From contig CAYSOW010000002.1 of the NCBI GenBank assembly GCA_964432715.1, positions 1-50,542 on the forward strand: a DNA stretch of 50,542 nucleotides, in the 5' to 3' direction. Made by a program: the position numbers and the translations under genes. Under the pieces are notes generated by a model. The model searched no databases, was not told the DNA's origin, and saw only the letters and a program-made list of their open reading frames with translations. The DNA is from an uncultured Bacteroides sp. GTDB lineage: Bacteria > Bacteroidota > Bacteroidia > Bacteroidales > Bacteroidaceae. Shown here one piece after another: positions 37,923 through 48,600 of this stretch (positions within the stretch are counted from its first letter, which is position 1; each line of letters begins with the position of its first letter).

Positions 37923-40900
37923 ACTTCTTTTCCTTTTTTATGATTCATCGCGATATAAACAATCGGAATGATAAAACCGTTCAAAAACGTAGAGGTTAAA
38001 AGTCCACCCAAAATCACTTTGGCCATCGGACTCTGAATCTCGTTACCTGCCAAGTCGCCGTTCACCGCCAGCGGAATCATCGCCAACGCCGATGAAAGCG
38101 CCGTCATCAGAATCGGGTTCAGACGGTCGAGCGAGCCTTTCACCACACTTTCATAGAGCGGCATACCCTCGCTGCGCAACAAGTTGTAGTGGGTTACCAG
38201 CAACATACCGTTACGCGTGGCGATACCGAAGAGTGAGATGAAACCGATGATGGCCGGAATACTCAGCTCGCCGGTGGTAATCAGCAACGCGAAGACACCA
38301 CCAATCAATGCCAACGGAAGGTTCAACAAGATGATGGCACTCTGTCCCAGATGCTTGAACTCAGAATAGAGCAACAAGAAGATGACAAAGATAGAAATAA
38401 TAGAGGTAAGCAGCAAGGTTCTGGAAGCTGATTGTTCGCTCTCAAACTGTCCACCGTACTCCACATAATATCCCTCGGGCAAAGTAATCTCCTTCGCAAT
38501 ATGGTCTTGAATATCCTCCACCACGCTGCGCACGTCACGTCCGGAAGTGTTGGCAGAGATAACAATCTTACGTTTCACATTCTCACGACTGATGGTGTTC
38601 GGACCCATCGAAGAACGCACGTCGGCCACATAGTGCAACGGAATCTTTCCCTCCGGCGTATCCATCATCAGTTCGCGCACCTGGTCGATGGTACTCTTGC
38701 GCGCATCAGCGGCACGTACCACGAGGTTGAACGACTTGCCCTCCTCGTATACCTGCGACACCGTTTCGCCACCCATATTCACGGCGACGAACTCCTCGAA
38801 CTCGGGCAAGGTGATGCCGTAGCGGGCCAGCATCTCACGCTTCGGAACGATGTTCAGTTCCGGACGCTCAATCTGCTGCTCCACGTTCAAGTCGACCACG
38901 CCTTCCACCTCCGAGATGGCATTCTTAATCTGATTACCCAGCGCAAACATCTTGTTCAGGTCGGTACCGAACAGTTTGATGGCGATGCTCGCCTTGGTAC
39001 CACTCAGCATGGCATCCATACGGTGACTAATCGGCTGACCGATTTCTATGTTGGCACCACTCAAGGTAGAAAGTTTCTCGCGCACCTCCGCCGTCAACTC
39101 CTTACGCGAACGTTTGGAGAGTACGAACGGCGCCTCAATCTCCGAAGTATTCACACCCAGCGCATGCTCGTCGAGCTCTGCACGACCGGTCTTACGCGCC
39201 ACCGTCTGAATCTCGGGAATGCTCAGCAGCAACTCCTCCGCCCGACGTCCCATGCGGTCGCTCTCCTCCAGAGAGATACCCGGCAACGAACTGACGTTGA
39301 TGGTGAAAGAGCCCTCATTGAACGACGGCAGGAAGCTGTGGCCCAATGTAAAGAAGAGCAACAAAGCCACCACAAAGAGCGCGATGGTACCGCCCAGCAC
39401 TTTCTTCGGACGCGCCAAAGCACCGCGCAACGCCTTCTCATACACCCCGCGCAACCAAGTGGAGAGCTTGCCCTCCTTCGGCAGACGGTCGGTACTCTTT
39501 CCGCCCAGCAGGTAGCTACAAAGCACCGGCGTCAAGGTCAGCGCCACCACCGTAGAAGCACAAAGTGCCACGATAAAGGCGATACCCAGCGGCACCAGCA
39601 TTCGTCCCTCCATGCCGGAGAGGAAGAACAACGGTACGAAGCTGACAATGATAATCAGCGTAGAGTTCAAGATAGGCATACGCACCTCCTTGGAGGCATC
39701 GAAGACGATTTGCTTAATCGGCAACTGCTGATCGGCAGGCAACTGACGGTTCTCGCGCAACTTGCGCCAAACGTTCTCCACATCGACAATGGCATCGTCC
39801 ACCAAAGAACCGATGGCGATGGCCATACCACCCAAACTCATCGTATTGATGGTGAGTCCCATCAGGTGAATCACGCAGATGGAAACCAGCAACGAAAGCG
39901 GCAGGGTAATCAAGGAGATGATGGTGGTGCGGGCATTCGCCAGGAAGAGCACCAGGACAATCACCACGAAGAAAGCACCCTCAAAGAGCGAGCTGCGCAC
40001 ATTGCCGATGGAGCTCTCGATAAACTTCGACTGGCGGAAGATATCGGTATGCACCTTCACATCCGCCGGCAAGTTCTGCTTCAAATCCTCCATCGCCTCA
40101 TCCAGCTTGTCGGTCAGGTCGATGGTACCAATCTTCGGCTGTTTGGTCACCGTAATCAGCACCGCCGGTTTACCCTCCACCGAGGCCGTACCCAGCTTCG
40201 GCTGCTGACTGCCGATACCTACGTCGGCCACATCCTCCAGCAGCACCGGTTTACCGTTGACACGTTTCACCAGCGTACGCGCCAGTTCATCAATGTTGTG
40301 CGAAGCCAGCACGCCGCGCACGATATACTCGTTGTCATACTCATACAACACACCACCGTTGGCATTGCGGTTCATGCCGCGGGTTGCCCCCATCACCTCA
40401 TCAAGCGTCACGCCGTAATGCTTCATGCGCTCAGGCTTGAGGTTAATTTGATACTCCTTGATATCACCGCCTTGCACAGCCACCTGTGCCACGCCACCCA
40501 TAGAGAGCAGACGCGGACGGATGGTCCAGTCGGCCAGCGTACGCAAGTCGAGCATCGAAGTGGAATCCGCTGTCAAGCCGATAATCATCAGCTCGCCCAG
40601 GATGGACGACTGCGGACCCATGGTCGGTTTGTTCACATTGGCAGGGAGCTCCTCGCCCACCAGCGCCAACTTCTCAGAGACAATCTGACGCGCCAGATAG
40701 ATATCCGTGCCCCAGTCGAACTCCACCCAAACCACCGAAAAGCCGTTGGTGGAAGAAGAACGCACACGGCGCACATGCGTCGCACCGTTTACGGAAGTCT
40801 CCACAGGGAAAGTCACCAGCTGCTCCACCTCCTCGGCCGCCATACCGTTGGCTTCAGTCATGATGACCACCGTCGGCGCGTTCAAGTCGGGGAAGACATC

Positions 40901-41008
40901 CACCTCCGTATGCAAGGCCGTGTAAGTGCCGCACACAAAGAGCAGCATGGCAGCGGCCAAGATCAAGATACGGTTGTGGAGCGAAAAATAGATGATTTTA
41001 TTCAACAT
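37913..41008 (-). CDS. CusA/CzcA-family heavy-metal RND permease
   Basis: DVFPDL, LVTFPVE, GSLVDDAIVDVEN, RLNPILMT. Confidence 0.92.
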   Translation of the reverse strand: MLNKIIYFSLHNRILILAAAMLLFVCGTYTALHTEVDVFPDLNAPTVVIMTEANGMAAEEVEQLVTFPVETSVNGATHVRRVRSSSTNGFSVVWVEFDWGTDIYLARQIVSEKLALVGEELPANVNKPTMGPQSSILGELMIIGLTADSTSMLDLRTLADWTIRPRLLSMGGVAQVAVQGGDIKEYQINLKPERMKHYGVTLDEVMGATRGMNRNANGGVLYEYDNEYIVRGVLASHNIDELARTLVKRVNGKPVLLEDVADVGIGSQQPKLGTASVEGKPAVLITVTKQPKIGTIDLTDKLDEAMEDLKQNLPADVKVHTDIFRQSKFIESSIGNVRSSLFEGAFFVVIVLVLFLANARTTIISLITLPLSLLVSICVIHLMGLTINTMSLGGMAIAIGSLVDDAIVDVENVWRKLRENRQLPADQQLPIKQIVFDASKEVRMPILNSTLIIIVSFVPLFFLSGMEGRMLVPLGIAFIVALCASTVVALTLTPVLCSYLLGGKSTDRLPKEGKLSTWLRGVYEKALRGALARPKKVLGGTIALFVVALLLFFTLGHSFLPSFNEGSFTINVSSLPGISLEESDRMGRRAEELLLSIPEIQTVARKTGRAELDEHALGVNTSEIEAPFVLSKRSRKELTAEVREKLSTLSGANIEIGQPISHRMDAMLSGTKASIAIKLFGTDLNKMFALGNQIKNAISEVEGVVDLNVEQQIERPELNIVPKREMLARYGITLPEFEEFVAVNMGGETVSQVYEEGKSFNLVVRAADARKSTIDQVRELMMDTPEGKIPLHYVADVRSSMGPNTISRENVKRKIVISANTSGRDVRSVVEDIQDHIAKEITLPEGYYVEYGGQFESEQSASRTLLLTSIISIFVIFLLLYSEFKHLGQSAIILLNLPLALIGGVFALLITTGELSIPAIIGFISLFGIATRNGMLLVTHYNLLRSEGMPLYESVVKGSLDRLNPILMTALSSALAMIPLAVNGDLAGNEIQSPMAKVILGGLLTSTFLNGFIIPIVYIAMNHKKGKEVCE

Positions 41009-41025
41009 AGTGCCACTCCTCCCGA

Positions 41026-42189
41026 TTAATGTTCGTGATTATGTGCAGGGATCGCGTTCGAAGCCGAAGCCAGTTTCACCTGATAAGCACCCTTCGTCAC
41101 CACGCGGTCGCCCTCCTTCAGTCCGGAGAGAATCTGCACCTCGTTGCCATTGTCGACACCCACCGTGACCTCCTGCTTCTTGTAGCCCTCTTCGTCGAGC
41201 TGCAGATAGATGAAGAAGAGTCCCTGCTCTTCGGTAATTGCACTCTTCGGCAACACCCACTGGCCGGCCATCTCGTCAGAGAGCAAGTAGACCTCCACGA
41301 GACTACCCGGCACCACTTCACCCTTGTTGTCAAACTCGAAAGTGACCGGGATAAAGAAAGCGTCGGCATCCGTTGCCTTACCGTAAGAGAGCACGCGGCC
41401 GCCCAGTTCGTCGAGCGCATACACCTTATTATCATAGGGAGTTTTGAAGTTGGCCGACTGGATGCGATTCAGCTGACCGTAGTATTTCTCTGACACCTCC
41501 GCGCGCAAGAACAGCTTCTTGTTCTGCGAGATGCTCACCAACGGCTGACCCACATTCACGTAGTCGCCCTCCTTCACGTAGCAATTCTTCACAAAGCCCG
41601 CTATCGGCGCCGTCATTGCCTGACGACCACCGCCGCGCGACTGTCCCGCCAAAGCGTTGTAAGTCAGTTTGGCATTCTCATAATTCTGTTTTGCCTGCGC
41701 CAGTTCGCGCTCAGAAACAATCTTGTTCACCGCCAGACGCGAAGCACGCTCATACTCCTGTTTAGCCGCCTCATAAGCGATGCGCGCCCGTTGACCCGGA
41801 TCGCCCTCCGCCGTGTGAGCGGTAGAGATAGAGAGCAATGTAGCTCCGCGGCCCACACTCATGCCCTCTGTCAGCGAGCCGCCGAAAGAGACCATACCGG
41901 CCACATTAGCCACCACCGTTGTCTCGTCAGCCTGCGAAGCCAACACCTGTCCCGTGGCGGGAATCACCATACGGAAACTCTGCGGATGCACCTCCGCTAC
42001 CTCCACGCCGGCCGCCTTCGCCTTCTCGGGAGTCAATACAATTTCGTCGGAACCTTCAGCGTGTTCAGCATGTTCGCCGTGTTCATGATCATGGTCGTGA
42101 TCCTCCTGACTGCCGGAACCGGAAGCACAAGATGCGGAAAGAAGGAGAGCTGCAGCATAAGCCACTCCCCAAAAATATTTTTTATTCAT
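41026..42189 (-). CDS. RND periplasmic adaptor subunit, His-rich lipoprotein
   Basis: Lipobox SASC, HDHDHEHGEHAEH, APIAG, GLKEGDRVV, C-terminal HNHEH. Confidence 0.92.
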   Translation of the reverse strand: MNKKYFWGVAYAAALLLSASCASGSGSQEDHDHDHEHGEHAEHAEGSDEIVLTPEKAKAAGVEVAEVHPQSFRMVIPATGQVLASQADETTVVANVAGMVSFGGSLTEGMSVGRGATLLSISTAHTAEGDPGQRARIAYEAAKQEYERASRLAVNKIVSERELAQAKQNYENAKLTYNALAGQSRGGGRQAMTAPIAGFVKNCYVKEGDYVNVGQPLVSISQNKKLFLRAEVSEKYYGQLNRIQSANFKTPYDNKVYALDELGGRVLSYGKATDADAFFIPVTFEFDNKGEVVPGSLVEVYLLSDEMAGQWVLPKSAITEEQGLFFIYLQLDEEGYKKQEVTVGVDNGNEVQILSGLKEGDRVVTKGAYQVKLASASNAIPAHNHEH

Positions 42190-42276
42190 CTGTTATCTAC
42201 TTCTATTTATTTGAATGGATTCATACATTATCAACAATCGTGCACCCACGAAAGTTCCCCTCGTGATGCTTGAAAA

Positions 42277-42705
42277 TCAAGCACAAGGAGGCGCTCTGAA
42301 CCCACCGGTGGAATAGAGTGAAACAGCGTGTAAACGTTCTAGATAAAATGTAGTGAGCGATTCGTCCGGCACTTCCACCGGCTCGAACAGCAATAAATGG
42401 ATGGGCGCATAGGCCCAAGTAAAGAGCGAGAAACTCGGCACGTGGCACACCGTCTGAGCCGAGAGCACCGAGAAGGAGAACTTCGTCACACAGTCCTGCT
42501 CACAAGGATTCGAGTCGGAATGGTGGTTACACGTTCCCTCCGCATGGTCGCAGCAAGTACACGAAGCATCCTCGCAAGCGAAGAGCTCCTTATCCTCCTG
42601 CCAGCAGATACGCGCCAAGTGGTGATGGTGCGGAAAGACCGCCGCCACCAGCATCACGAAGCTGACCATCAGCAAGAAATAGGAAATGTACTTTCTACGT
42701 TTCAT
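42277..42705 (-). CDS. His/Cys-rich exported protein ending in RAPP (DUF6769-like; putative arrest leader)
   Basis: Signal-like N-terminus, PHHHH, CTCCDH..CNHH..C, C-terminal GFRAPPCA. Confidence 0.75.
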   Translation of the reverse strand: MKRRKYISYFLLMVSFVMLVAAVFPHHHHLARICWQEDKELFACEDASCTCCDHAEGTCNHHSDSNPCEQDCVTKFSFSVLSAQTVCHVPSFSLFTWAYAPIHLLLFEPVEVPDESLTTFYLERLHAVSLYSTGGFRAPPCA

Positions 42706-42756
42706 CCAAGCGTTTTTATTAAAAGCTGTCGGAACAGCCCGACCGCTAATCAGTTG

Positions 42757-42764
42757 CAAAGATA
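42757..42764 (-). promoter_or_regulatory. -7 promoter element of efflux operon
   Basis: TATCTTTG on minus strand, 52 nt upstream of the leader ATG. Confidence 0.6.
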
Positions 42765-42800
42765 GCTAAATCTTTGTACCTCTGCAATTTTTCAAACAAT

Positions 42801-43502
42801 TTAACCCTGATGCGCCAGATTCATCAAGTGACAAGCCACCAGCGCCGCCGTCTCCGTGCGCAGACGTGAGCGCCCCAGCGTAATCGGTTGGAAGCCCTGC
42901 TGCAAAGCTGCCGCCACCTCCTCCTGACTAAAGTCGCCCTCCGGACCAATCAGCACCAGCGCATCCTCGTCCGGCTTCAGTGCCGACTGCAGCGACACCT
43001 TCTCGCCCTCGTAGCAGTGAGCAATAAACTTGCCCCCACTCCACGGGCGACGGATAAACTCCATAAAGTCCGTCATCTCATTCAGCACCGGCTTGCGCGC
43101 CTTCAGCGACTGCTTCATGGCCGACACCAAAATCTTATCAATGCGCTCCGTCTTAATCACCTTACGCTCCGAGAATCGGCAGTTCAGGAAAGTCAGCTCG
43201 TCAAAGCCAATCTCCGTCGCCTTCTCCGCGAACCACTCCGTGCGGTCCATATTCTTCGTAGGCGCCATGGCCAGATGCAAGTGCCCCTTCCAGAAAGGCT
43301 CCTGCGGCAGCTCCTCCTTCACCGCAAAAAGGCACCGTTTGTTGGTGGCCGTTGTAATCTCCGCGCGATAGAAAGAGCCCACGCCATCCGTCAGCATAAT
43401 CTCGTCGCCCTGCGACAAGCGCAGCACACGAACACAGTGAGCCGCCTCTTCTTCAGGCAGCTCACTCTTTATTTTTATTTCGGGGGTATAAAAAAGATGC
43501 AT
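42801..43502 (-). CDS. rsmE: 16S rRNA m3U1498 methyltransferase
   Basis: HCVRVLRL, EKATEIG, IGPEGDF, LRTETA. Confidence 0.95.
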   Translation of the reverse strand: MHLFYTPEIKIKSELPEEEAAHCVRVLRLSQGDEIMLTDGVGSFYRAEITTATNKRCLFAVKEELPQEPFWKGHLHLAMAPTKNMDRTEWFAEKATEIGFDELTFLNCRFSERKVIKTERIDKILVSAMKQSLKARKPVLNEMTDFMEFIRRPWSGGKFIAHCYEGEKVSLQSALKPDEDALVLIGPEGDFSQEEVAAALQQGFQPITLGRSRLRTETAALVACHLMNLAHQG

Positions 43503-43505
43503 ATC

Positions 43506-44783
43506 TTAACGATTCGGTTGATGTTTATATCTGAATACCAGTGCGAAGAGCACCGCCACCACCAAAGCGTAGGCAGCAAAGATGAACCACACCGTACTCC
43601 AGTCGCCCACGGTATAGAACTGGCCATCTACCTCCACCGAGTGCGTAAAGCAGTTCACAATCTGCTGCGCCGTCAGCGTACCGATGGTAGCGCCCAAACC
43701 GTTGGTCATGATCATAAAGAGACCCTGCGCACTGGAGCGAATTGACGGATCCGTCTCCTTATCCACAAAGAGCGAACCGGAGACATTAAAGAAGTCGAAT
43801 GCCACACCGTAGACAATCATCGAGAGGATGAAAAGCCATACACCGTTGCCCGGATCGCCCAAGCCGAAGAAGGCGAAACGACCCACCCAGGCAAACATGG
43901 CAATCAGCATCACCACCTTGATACCAAAGCGACGCAAGAAGAAAGGAATCAACAAGATACAGAGCGTCTCAGACATCTGCGAGAGCGAAATCAACGCATT
44001 CGCATGGTTCGCGCCGAAAGCATCCGCAAACTCCGGTTGACCCTTGAAGCTCGTGATAAACGGATTGGCAAAACCGTTGGTAATCTGCAAAGAGACACCC
44101 AGCAACATGGAGAAGAGGAAGAAGAGCGCCATCTTTTTCTGCTTAAACAGCGTAAATGCACGCAAGCCCAACGCTTCCGTCAGGCTCTTCTTCTGAGCCG
44201 AATGATTCACCGGACACGGCGGCAACGTCTGTGCATAGACCGCCAGCACCAAGCTCAGCACGGCAGAAACCAAGAACTGCGCATAGGTGGTTTGATAGCC
44301 CATAGCATCCACGAACAACATTGAGCAGATGAAACCCACCGTACCGAAGACACGGATGGGCGGGAAGTGCGCGATGGTATCCATGCCTGCCCCTTCCAAT
44401 GCCGAGTAAGCCACCGAGTTAGAGAGCGCCAGTGTAGGCATGTAGAACGCCACGCTCAGCGAGTAGAGCGTAAAGATGAGCGGGAAGCTCACCGTACCCG
44501 TCGTGCTCAAGCCGTAGTAAGAAGCACCCGCCACAGCCGCCATAAAGATAGCAGCCACCAAGTGACAGATGCCCAACATCCGTTGCGCCGGCACCCAGCG
44601 GTCGGCCACGATGCCAATCAACGCCGGCATAAATATGGAAACAATACCCTGCATGGCATAGAACCAGCCGATGCTACCGGATAGATTTACATTCACCAAG
44701 AAACTTCCCATGGAGGTGAGGTACGCGCCCCACACCGCAAACTGCAGGAAGTTCATCAGAAGAAGTCTTAATTTAAGATTCAT
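43506..44783 (-). CDS. nupG: MFS nucleoside:H+ symporter
   Basis: FLQFAVWGAY, GIVADRW, RVFGTVGF, SQMSE, FDFFN. Confidence 0.88.
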   Translation of the reverse strand: MNLKLRLLLMNFLQFAVWGAYLTSMGSFLVNVNLSGSIGWFYAMQGIVSIFMPALIGIVADRWVPAQRMLGICHLVAAIFMAAVAGASYYGLSTTGTVSFPLIFTLYSLSVAFYMPTLALSNSVAYSALEGAGMDTIAHFPPIRVFGTVGFICSMLFVDAMGYQTTYAQFLVSAVLSLVLAVYAQTLPPCPVNHSAQKKSLTEALGLRAFTLFKQKKMALFFLFSMLLGVSLQITNGFANPFITSFKGQPEFADAFGANHANALISLSQMSETLCILLIPFFLRRFGIKVVMLIAMFAWVGRFAFFGLGDPGNGVWLFILSMIVYGVAFDFFNVSGSLFVDKETDPSIRSSAQGLFMIMTNGLGATIGTLTAQQIVNCFTHSVEVDGQFYTVGDWSTVWFIFAAYALVVAVLFALVFRYKHQPNR

Positions 44784-44816
44784 GATCGATTCAAATTTAT
44801 TGGCACAAACATACAT

Positions 44817-44854
44817 AAAAAAAGTGAGATTCCGCCTACAGAGCCTCACTTTTT
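44817..44854 (-). terminator. Terminator after META gene
   Basis: AAAAAGTGAG...CTCACTTTTT. Confidence 0.7.
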
Positions 44855-44898
44855 ATTCCGTCATTCCGTCTTATTTCTTAAAGAATTGTTCCGCGTGT

Positions 44899-45318
44899 CT
44901 AGCGTTTGCTCAGCTGCATCAGGGAAGCACCCTTAGCATCCAGCAACTCCACATCACCGTTTTTCAGCACTTTATAGCTCACAATCTCGTTCATGGCCGC
45001 CAGAATCTGGTCCTCCACCTCCATGTTGGCACACATCATACGTGTAGCCCCCGCATGGTCGAAGCTCAGCGTAGAAGCCACCGAGTCGAGTGCAAAGCCT
45101 GCGAAGAAACGATTGCATCCGGCTGTACCGTACGCTTTGTTTTCCGCATAGTTAAAACCAATGTACGGAGCCTCTTCCACCATGGCCGCATCCACCGTTT
45201 TACCATTTACCGACACGATATCCCATTCGCCCGCCAACGAAGTGTTGAGCGTTTTCTGAGAACAAGCTGCCCCAAAGAGACCGACAGCCAGCAAGCATCC
45301 CATCACTACTTTTTTCAT
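44899..45318 (-). CDS. META/HslJ domain lipoprotein
   Basis: Lipobox GAAC, GTAGCNRF, TRMMC. Confidence 0.9.
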   Translation of the reverse strand: MKKVVMGCLLAVGLFGAACSQKTLNTSLAGEWDIVSVNGKTVDAAMVEEAPYIGFNYAENKAYGTAGCNRFFAGFALDSVASTLSFDHAGATRMMCANMEVEDQILAAMNEIVSYKVLKNGDVELLDAKGASLMQLSKR

Positions 45319-45554
45319 ATACTTTCTACTTTTATAGGTTTAGATTCAATATCTTTTTTCTCCCTGCAAAGGTAAGATATCTTCGTCAAATCACAGAGCC
45401 TCAACGCCTCTATTGACAAAAGTTAACTATCCAACTTCCAAATTTTAAAAATAAGACGAAAGAAATAACAAAAACAGCAGTGAATATCTTAAAATAAAAT
45501 CGTATTTTTGCCCAAAGTAAACAATGTATAATAACCAAACTTATCAAGATTAAA

Positions 45555-46748
<1,194 letters not shown>

Positions 46749-46782
46749 GCCGTTCCACATTTATAGACAGAATAAAAAACAG

Positions 46783-46819
46783 AGCGTGGGAGGAGCGTTC
46801 GGTTCCTCCCCGCTTATTT
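46783..46819 (+). terminator. Hairpin after CASDH gene
   Basis: GGGAGGA...TCCTCCC with weak T tract. Confidence 0.45.
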
Positions 46820-46841
46820 ACTAACACCATTTGCAAAACAC

Positions 46842-47288
46842 ATGAATGTAGGAGATAAAGCCCCCGAACTTCTCGGGCTCGACGAGAACGGCAACGAAAT
46901 CCGTCTCAGTCAATTCAAAGGACGCAAGGTAGTCCTCTATTTTTACCCCAAAGACAGCACCTCCGGCTGCACCGCCGAGGCATGCAGCTTGCGCGACGCA
47001 TACAGCGACCTGCGCCAAGCGGGCTATGAAGTGGTGGGTGTCAGTGTGGACGATGCCAAATCACACAAGAAATTCATCGAGAAAAATCAACTCCCCTTCC
47101 CGTTGATTGCCGACACCGACAAGCAGTTGGTGGAGCAGTTCGGCGTATGGGGCGAGAAGAGCATGTACGGACGCAAGTACATGGGTACGTTCCGCACCAC
47201 CTTCATCCTCAATGAGGAGGGAGTCATTGAGCGCATCTTCTCCCCGAAGGAGATTAAGACCAAAGAGCACGCAAAGCAGATTCTATAA
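46842..47288 (+). CDS. bcp: Thioredoxin-dependent peroxiredoxin Bcp
   Basis: [16 protein letters not shown]. Confidence 0.95.
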   Translation: MNVGDKAPELLGLDENGNEIRLSQFKGRKVVLYFYPKDSTSGCTAEACSLRDAYSDLRQAGYEVVGVSVDDAKSHKKFIEKNQLPFPLIADTDKQLVEQFGVWGEKSMYGRKYMGTFRTTFILNEEGVIERIFSPKEIKTKEHAKQIL

Positions 47289-47316
47289 TTTACAACCCCA
47301 TAAATCAAGTAAAATA

Positions 47317-48345
47317 ATGGCAAAAAAAGACGAAACCATGGAGCCGGAAGATAAGAGCGCAAAACTGAAAGCGCTGCAGACCGCCATGGAAAAGATAGAG
47401 AAGAACTTTGGTAAAGGTTCTATCATGAAGTTAGGCGACGACAACATTCAGGAAGTGGACGTCATCCCCACCGGATCTATCGGCCTCAACGCCGCCCTCG
47501 GTGTAGGTGGTTACCCGCGCGGCCGTATCATCGAGATCTACGGTCCCGAGTCATCCGGTAAGACCACCCTGGCTATCCACGCCATCGCCGAGGCACAGAA
47601 GATGGGCGGCATCGCTGCCTTCATCGACGCCGAGCATGCCTTCGACCGTTTCTACGCAGCCAAGTTGGGCGTAGATATCGACAACCTCTGGATTTCTCAG
47701 CCGGACAACGGTGAGCAGGCCTTGGAGATTGCCGAGCAGTTGATTCGCTCCTCAGCCATCGACATCATCGTTATCGACTCTGTAGCTGCCTTGACGCCGA
47801 AAGCTGAAATCGACGGCGACATGGGCGACAACAAGGTTGGTTTGCACGCACGTTTGATGTCACAGGCTTTGCGTAAGCTCACCTCTACCATCAACAAGAC
47901 CAACACCACCTGTATCTTCATTAACCAGTTGCGTGAGAAGATTGGCGTGATGTTTGGTAACCCGGAGACCACCACCGGTGGTAACGCGCTGAAGTTCTAC
48001 GCTTCCGTACGTTTGGACATCCGCGGTTCTCAGCAGTTGAAGGACGGTGATGAGGTCATCGGTAAGCAGACGAAGGTGAAGGTAGTGAAGAACAAAGTAG
48101 CGCCTCCTTTCCGCAAGGCCGAGTTCGACATCATGTTCGGCGAGGGTATCTCTCGTAGCGGTGAAATTGTCGACTTAGGTTCCGAGTTGGGCATCCTGAC
48201 GAAGAGTGGTGCATGGTACAGCTACAACGGCACGAAGATTGGTCAGGGCCGCGACGCTGCCAAGCAGTGCATCTCTGACAACCCCGAGTTGGCCGACGAG
48301 CTGGAGAAACTGATCTTCGAGAAGATTAAAGACCAGAAGGCTTAA
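47317..48345 (+). CDS. recA: Recombinase RecA
   Basis: [34 protein letters not shown]. Confidence 0.99.
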   Translation: MAKKDETMEPEDKSAKLKALQTAMEKIEKNFGKGSIMKLGDDNIQEVDVIPTGSIGLNAALGVGGYPRGRIIEIYGPESSGKTTLAIHAIAEAQKMGGIAAFIDAEHAFDRFYAAKLGVDIDNLWISQPDNGEQALEIAEQLIRSSAIDIIVIDSVAALTPKAEIDGDMGDNKVGLHARLMSQALRKLTSTINKTNTTCIFINQLREKIGVMFGNPETTTGGNALKFYASVRLDIRGSQQLKDGDEVIGKQTKVKVVKNKVAPPFRKAEFDIMFGEGISRSGEIVDLGSELGILTKSGAWYSYNGTKIGQGRDAAKQCISDNPELADELEKLIFEKIKDQKA

Positions 48346-48363
48346 GGAAGAGATAAGAAAATC

Positions 48364-48406
48364 AAAGAGGCTGCATTTCCGTGACGGGGATGTGGCCTCT
48401 TTCTTT
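48364..48406 (+). terminator. Terminator after recA
   Basis: AAAGAGGCTGCAT...ATGTGGCCTCTTT. Confidence 0.8.
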
Positions 48407-48514
48407 ATATATAATAGGTGTGATTTTCTAAGAATTTCTGATTTCCGAATAAAATATATGCGATAAACCGATGTGATATTCTAAAAAATGTGTAAGTTTG
48501 CAGCATTCGAAAAC

Positions 48515-48593
48515 CTCAAAAACGTGCGAAAACCGACTTTTGGAAATCTCAAAAACGTGCAAAAACGTCCTTTCAAAAGTCTCAAAAACGTGC
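48515..48593 (+). repeat. Three direct repeats CTCAAAAACGTGC with 33-bp period
   Basis: Copies start at 48515, 48548 and 48581, downstream of TAAGTTTG (48493-48500). Confidence 0.9.
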
Positions 48594-48600
48594 AAAATGG

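Noticed and set aside
38432-41029. 865-aa plus-strand ORF (and similar long antisense ORFs at 13702, 24059, 36699)
   Set aside because: Antisense shadows of well-supported genes, caused by codon bias
47107-47316. N-terminal extension of recA in the ORF track
   Set aside because: Overlaps bcp; the plausible start is ATG 47317
48515-48593. Possible mini-CRISPR
   Set aside because: 13-bp repeat and 20-nt spacers are too short; no cas genes
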